The notes under the pieces are model-generated. The model was not told the origin of the DNA, searched no databases, and saw only the letters and a list, made by a program, of their open reading frames with translations. A program made the position numbers and the translations under genes. A stretch of DNA of 64,000 bases, from positions 2,858,151-2,922,150 of the forward strand of contig MU054001.1 in NCBI GenBank assembly GCA_013239625.1, read 5' to 3'. Within the stretch, counting starts at the first letter, position 1; each line of letters starts with the position of its first letter. This stretch comes from Lama guanicoe (taxonomy: Eukaryota). This document shows, one piece after another, positions 60,202 to 64,000 of the stretch.

Positions 60202-61114
60202 TGTAATGATATAATAAGAAATATATTTTTTTTGGTGTTAATCCTCAGATTCTAGCCAGAGCTCCTAAAGCCTTTGAGACTTCCCAAGTGATAAAGGTGC
60301 TGGGAACATCTTTTGTTCTTGTATTTGGTCTTTGATTTTTATTCCTGACACCGAGCTCCTAAACCCCTTGGAATGTCTACAGTGATAGGAGAATCTTTGG
60401 TTCTAATGATGTGACTCTTCATGACCCACTGGATAGCTGCAGAATGGAGGCTGGTCACCAGAAAGACAAAGCAACTATTGTAAGCTTGGAAATTTCAGCC
60501 CCACCCACTGTCCTCTGGGAGGGGAGAGGGACTGGAGATTGAGCTAATAATCATGGGTATGTGAAGTCTCCATAAAAATCCCTGAACTATGAAGTTTGGA
60601 GAACTTCTGGGTTGGTGAATGCATTCACATGCCAGGGGGTTAGCACATCCCAACTCCATGAGGAAAGAAGCGCATGAGTTCGGGACCCTTCTAGACCTAT
60701 GTACGTCTCCATCTGGACATTTATCTGTAACATTTATCATAGCCTTTATAATAATGTGTTTTCCTGAGTTCTGTGAAACATTCTAGCAAATTATTGAAAC
60801 CAGAGGGGATTGTGAGCACCCCTGATTCATAGCCCATTGGTTGAAATACAAGTGGCGCCCTGGGACTTGCAGTTGGTATCTGAAGTGGGGGAAGTTGTGG
60901 GACTGAGACCTTAGCCGGGGAAGGAGAGGCAGGGGGCATGGGTTAGTGCTAACTCCTGGTAGACCATCTTAGAACTGAGTTGAATTGCAGGACACCTCGC
61001 TGGTGTCTGAGAAATGGTTGGTATGGAGGGAAAAACCCACATATTCGGTGACTGGAAGTACTGTGTTCAGAGAGTAGAGAGCAGAGGAGAATGGAGAGTT
61101 TTTCCATTTCTACA
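60202..61114 (+). mobile_element. MER21-family ERV solo LTR
   Basis: tgtaatgatataataagaaatatat...gagctcctaaa (twice)...ggaggctggtcaccagaaagac...ctgagttctgtga...ttgaattgcaggacacc...taca. TSD tatgc/tacac. Confidence 0.85.
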
Positions 61115-61324
61115 TACACACATATTTTATATGCTATATGTATCATGTATACCATATACTTCAATACCCTACTCAAACATAATGATAAATGGAATTTTAA
61201 ATACAAAATTCTGAATCCAGGGAGAAAAGCTTCTGGATCACTCTTGCTTGGGGATTATCAGTGCTTGGGGATTAGCTGTGCCACCAAATGCAGGCGACCT
61301 AAGATGATGTAACTAGTATGAACT

Positions 61325-61900
61325 CATCTGTCACATTTATTGGGGCTCAGGGGAAAGGAGACAAAGGCACATATACCGTATGTTTAAATATTTAAAACTA
61401 TAAACCAAGCTAACAAACTGCTTAGTATGATCTATCCTTAACAAATATACATCCCAAGTCCGCAGAGCGGCATGGTGGAACGTGGTAGTTCCCAGAGAAC
61501 GAACCTCTTAGCTCTGTCTGTGGTGCACGGTCTGTCCACCTGCTCTCCCATCACCAGCTTCCTCCCACATCACAGGGAGCCTCCAGCTTTTGAGTGTGGG
61601 CAATCTGGCCTCATTTCTGATTTCTGTCTCTCCCTTTTTGGAGGGGCCATGCTGTAGCTCCCCCTCAGGCCTAGGGGTATGCACGCTGAGTGTTACCATC
61701 CATCCTCAGGAAAGCAGACCTGCAAGAAAAGCAGAGTCCAGACTGATTGATCAGGGGAAATCAGGGTCCTGGGCTGGTGGAATGTGGCCTGGGGTTAAAA
61801 CAGAGCTGTGCTCAGGTCCATCTCTCTAGCCCCAGTGGTATTGTGGCCAGAATGGAGACACTCTGAGGTACCAGGCCCAAGGCAGAGTGTAAGTGGGATT
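61325..61900. mobile_element. MER115/Zaphod-like hAT-Tip100 remnant
   Basis: ggcacatataccgtatgtttaaatatttaaaactataaaccaagctaacaaactg...caaatatac...caggcctaggggtatgcac. Confidence 0.5.
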
Positions 61901-62999
61901 GCATGACTCTTTGCGTGGTTAAACTCATTATCCAGATGTCTTAGTCTTAAAAGCTCCCCACAAAATAGTGACATTAAAATTAGAGATGAGTTGAACATTT
62001 ATCAAATTATCCAGTAGACAAATTGTTTCTTCACTGCCTTTTCATTGAATAGACCTGACCAATATAGTCCTGGTTCATTCCTTTTTAGGTGGGAGGGTAG
62101 GGAAGAGTAAAAGAAGCCCCAAAGATGTATTTACTGTACTGTGGGCTGGAGGAAAATATTACAAAGCATTTGGAAAAGCCTGTCTGAATTTTAACTCTGA
62201 TCAAAAAGCTATTTCCACTAGGCCTCAACCCAGGGGCCGACATCTTGTCCGCTGGTTGCACGTTCTTCCTGCAAGTTGGCTGTACGCTCTTTGATGGCAT
62301 TTCTCTAACTTCTCACTCAGTGAGGTTCAAGGAAGTCCCACAAGTGAAGACTGTTTGTGTCAGCATCCAGTTTCTGCAAGTTCAGTAATGGTAGAGTTCC
62401 GCTTGTTTTCCCTGTGCTTTCAGTCATTGGCATCAGAGTTTTTGATGATCTGAAGGAAGACTGAGCCCTTTTATTGGTTCAGAATCGGCATTAATTTTCT
62501 CTGCTTGGGAATAGTGAAGAACATTTGATAACTGTCTTGAAAGCCACATACTTCTTCTTGGACTAGAAGGTTAGATCCCACAGGCCTGGAATCCCTGGTG
62601 GAACTGGGTGGCTGGTGGCAACATGGCAGGAGTTTGGGAGGACTGCTGGGGCCACTGGGCCACATAAACACTTAGAAGGCAGCAGGGGAAAGCAGGACAG
62701 AGTGGAGGCAGGACCTGGGGGCAGTCTGAAGCCTCCCAGCCTGTGGAGGATCTGGCTCTGGGTGGTTGAGTATTAGTCGGTTTGAAGCGGGAAAACTCGA
62801 CACCCTCTTGAAAGAATATCTGGGCTGGATTCTCTCTGAAGGAGGCCTGAATATAGTAGGACATTACTCACCCTCCTGCATGCCCGATCTTCTGGTCTTG
62901 TATGTCTGGATGAGACAAGGGGCTCAGGAAAATCTTTGCCCCAAAGTTACACTTTACAGAAGTGGGATCTGTGGGTATAGCAAGTCTGTGGGATCCTAT

Positions 63000-63460
63000 A
63001 TGATGCAGGGCTGCCTTCCTCCCCAATCTTGTCTTATAACACTCCCGCCTTGTTTCCTCTTTCTAGGCATATGAGCCTTCTTTTATATCCCCCACAATCT
63101 GTGGCAACTTCTACCCCAGCACCTTGACACACACTGTTTTCTCAGGAATGATCTCTCTGGACACCACTGGCCTCCTTCCCTCACCTTCATCTTTGCCTCC
63201 TAACTCCCTTCCATCCCTCAGGCATGAATTTAGGAGCAGCTTCCTCAGGGACCTCTGCTTATCCCTCATGTTATGTGAGGTCCCCTGTAACGTGCAGATT
63301 TGCACGGTGTTCTTGAACATCAACTTTGCAGCACTGTGTACGCTCATAATCATTTGATAAATGCTTTTGTTTATTTAAGGTCAATGTCACCTGCCAGGCT
63401 GTAAGAACAATATGGGACCACTGCTCAGTGCCTGGCACAGTGTAAGTGCTCCATACTTAC
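63000..63460 (+). mobile_element. L2 3' fragment
   Basis: ctcccttccatccctcagg...cttcctcaggga...ccaggctgtaag...cagtgcctggcacagtgtaagtgctccatac. Confidence 0.7.
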
Positions 63461-64000
63461 TGACTCAAGGGCCGACAGCCAAATGGAGAAACATCTCTTT
63501 CTTTGGGAAGAGGCAGCCAAGAACGCTGGATAGGACTTTGGTCTGAAAGTCAAGAATTCTAGGCCCTAGTCCCAGTCCTGAAGTTAATTTCTTGGGTGAC
63601 TTTGAATAGAGTATAACAAGAAAAAAATGCCTTGGAATTCCTAATACCATGGCAAAGGAAGAGATTTAGAAAAGGAGAGAGAAGAGCTATTTGGTTCAAC
63701 AATACAAAAATTACTAATATTTTACCTTTAAAAAAAACAAAACTTACTGAGGTGGCAATTTTATATAGTTTAAACTAATGGAATAGCAAGTCTCTGTATA
63801 AGCCCCTTTCAGCTCTGTCAAGGGGTCATGGGGTTTTGTCTGCAAGCCCAGGGTCCCATTCTCAGTAGGTTTCCTTCCAAGATGGTTGGGTCAGACCATA
63901 GAGTAGGACACAGAGAGCTGGCTCTAACTAGCCCTTTTGCGCAGTGCAGCCACTGCCCCGAAATCACATTCTCTCTCTCCTAGTCATAAACCCCAACTCT

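Overview
This is mammalian genomic DNA, most likely camelid (alpaca/llama/camel). That is inferred from three tRNA-derived SINEs resembling Vic-1 and from young cetartiodactyl-type L1 3' ends. I recognise no host protein-coding exon, tRNA, rRNA or CRISPR array. The ORF track is almost entirely chance ORFs, plus decayed Tigger1 transposase and L1 pieces. The window looks like a gene desert or a very large intron. It has dense ancient repeats (MIR, L2, L3/CR1, MLT1, MER5/45/96/102/103/115, L1M) and a ~7 kb nested transposon stack at 44-51 kb. These alternate with several repeat-free, homeodomain-motif-rich islands that look like conserved developmental enhancers. The most unusual things visible directly are (i) a 335-bp 'mini-L1' made of an L1 5' terminus fused to an L1 3' terminus between perfect target-site duplications, and (ii) a candidate two-exon spliced non-coding unit at 20242-20633 beside an enhancer-like block. 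I found no convincing novel multi-gene system. Repeat subfamily names come from memory of consensus sequences, and boundaries are approximate unless TSDs are quoted.
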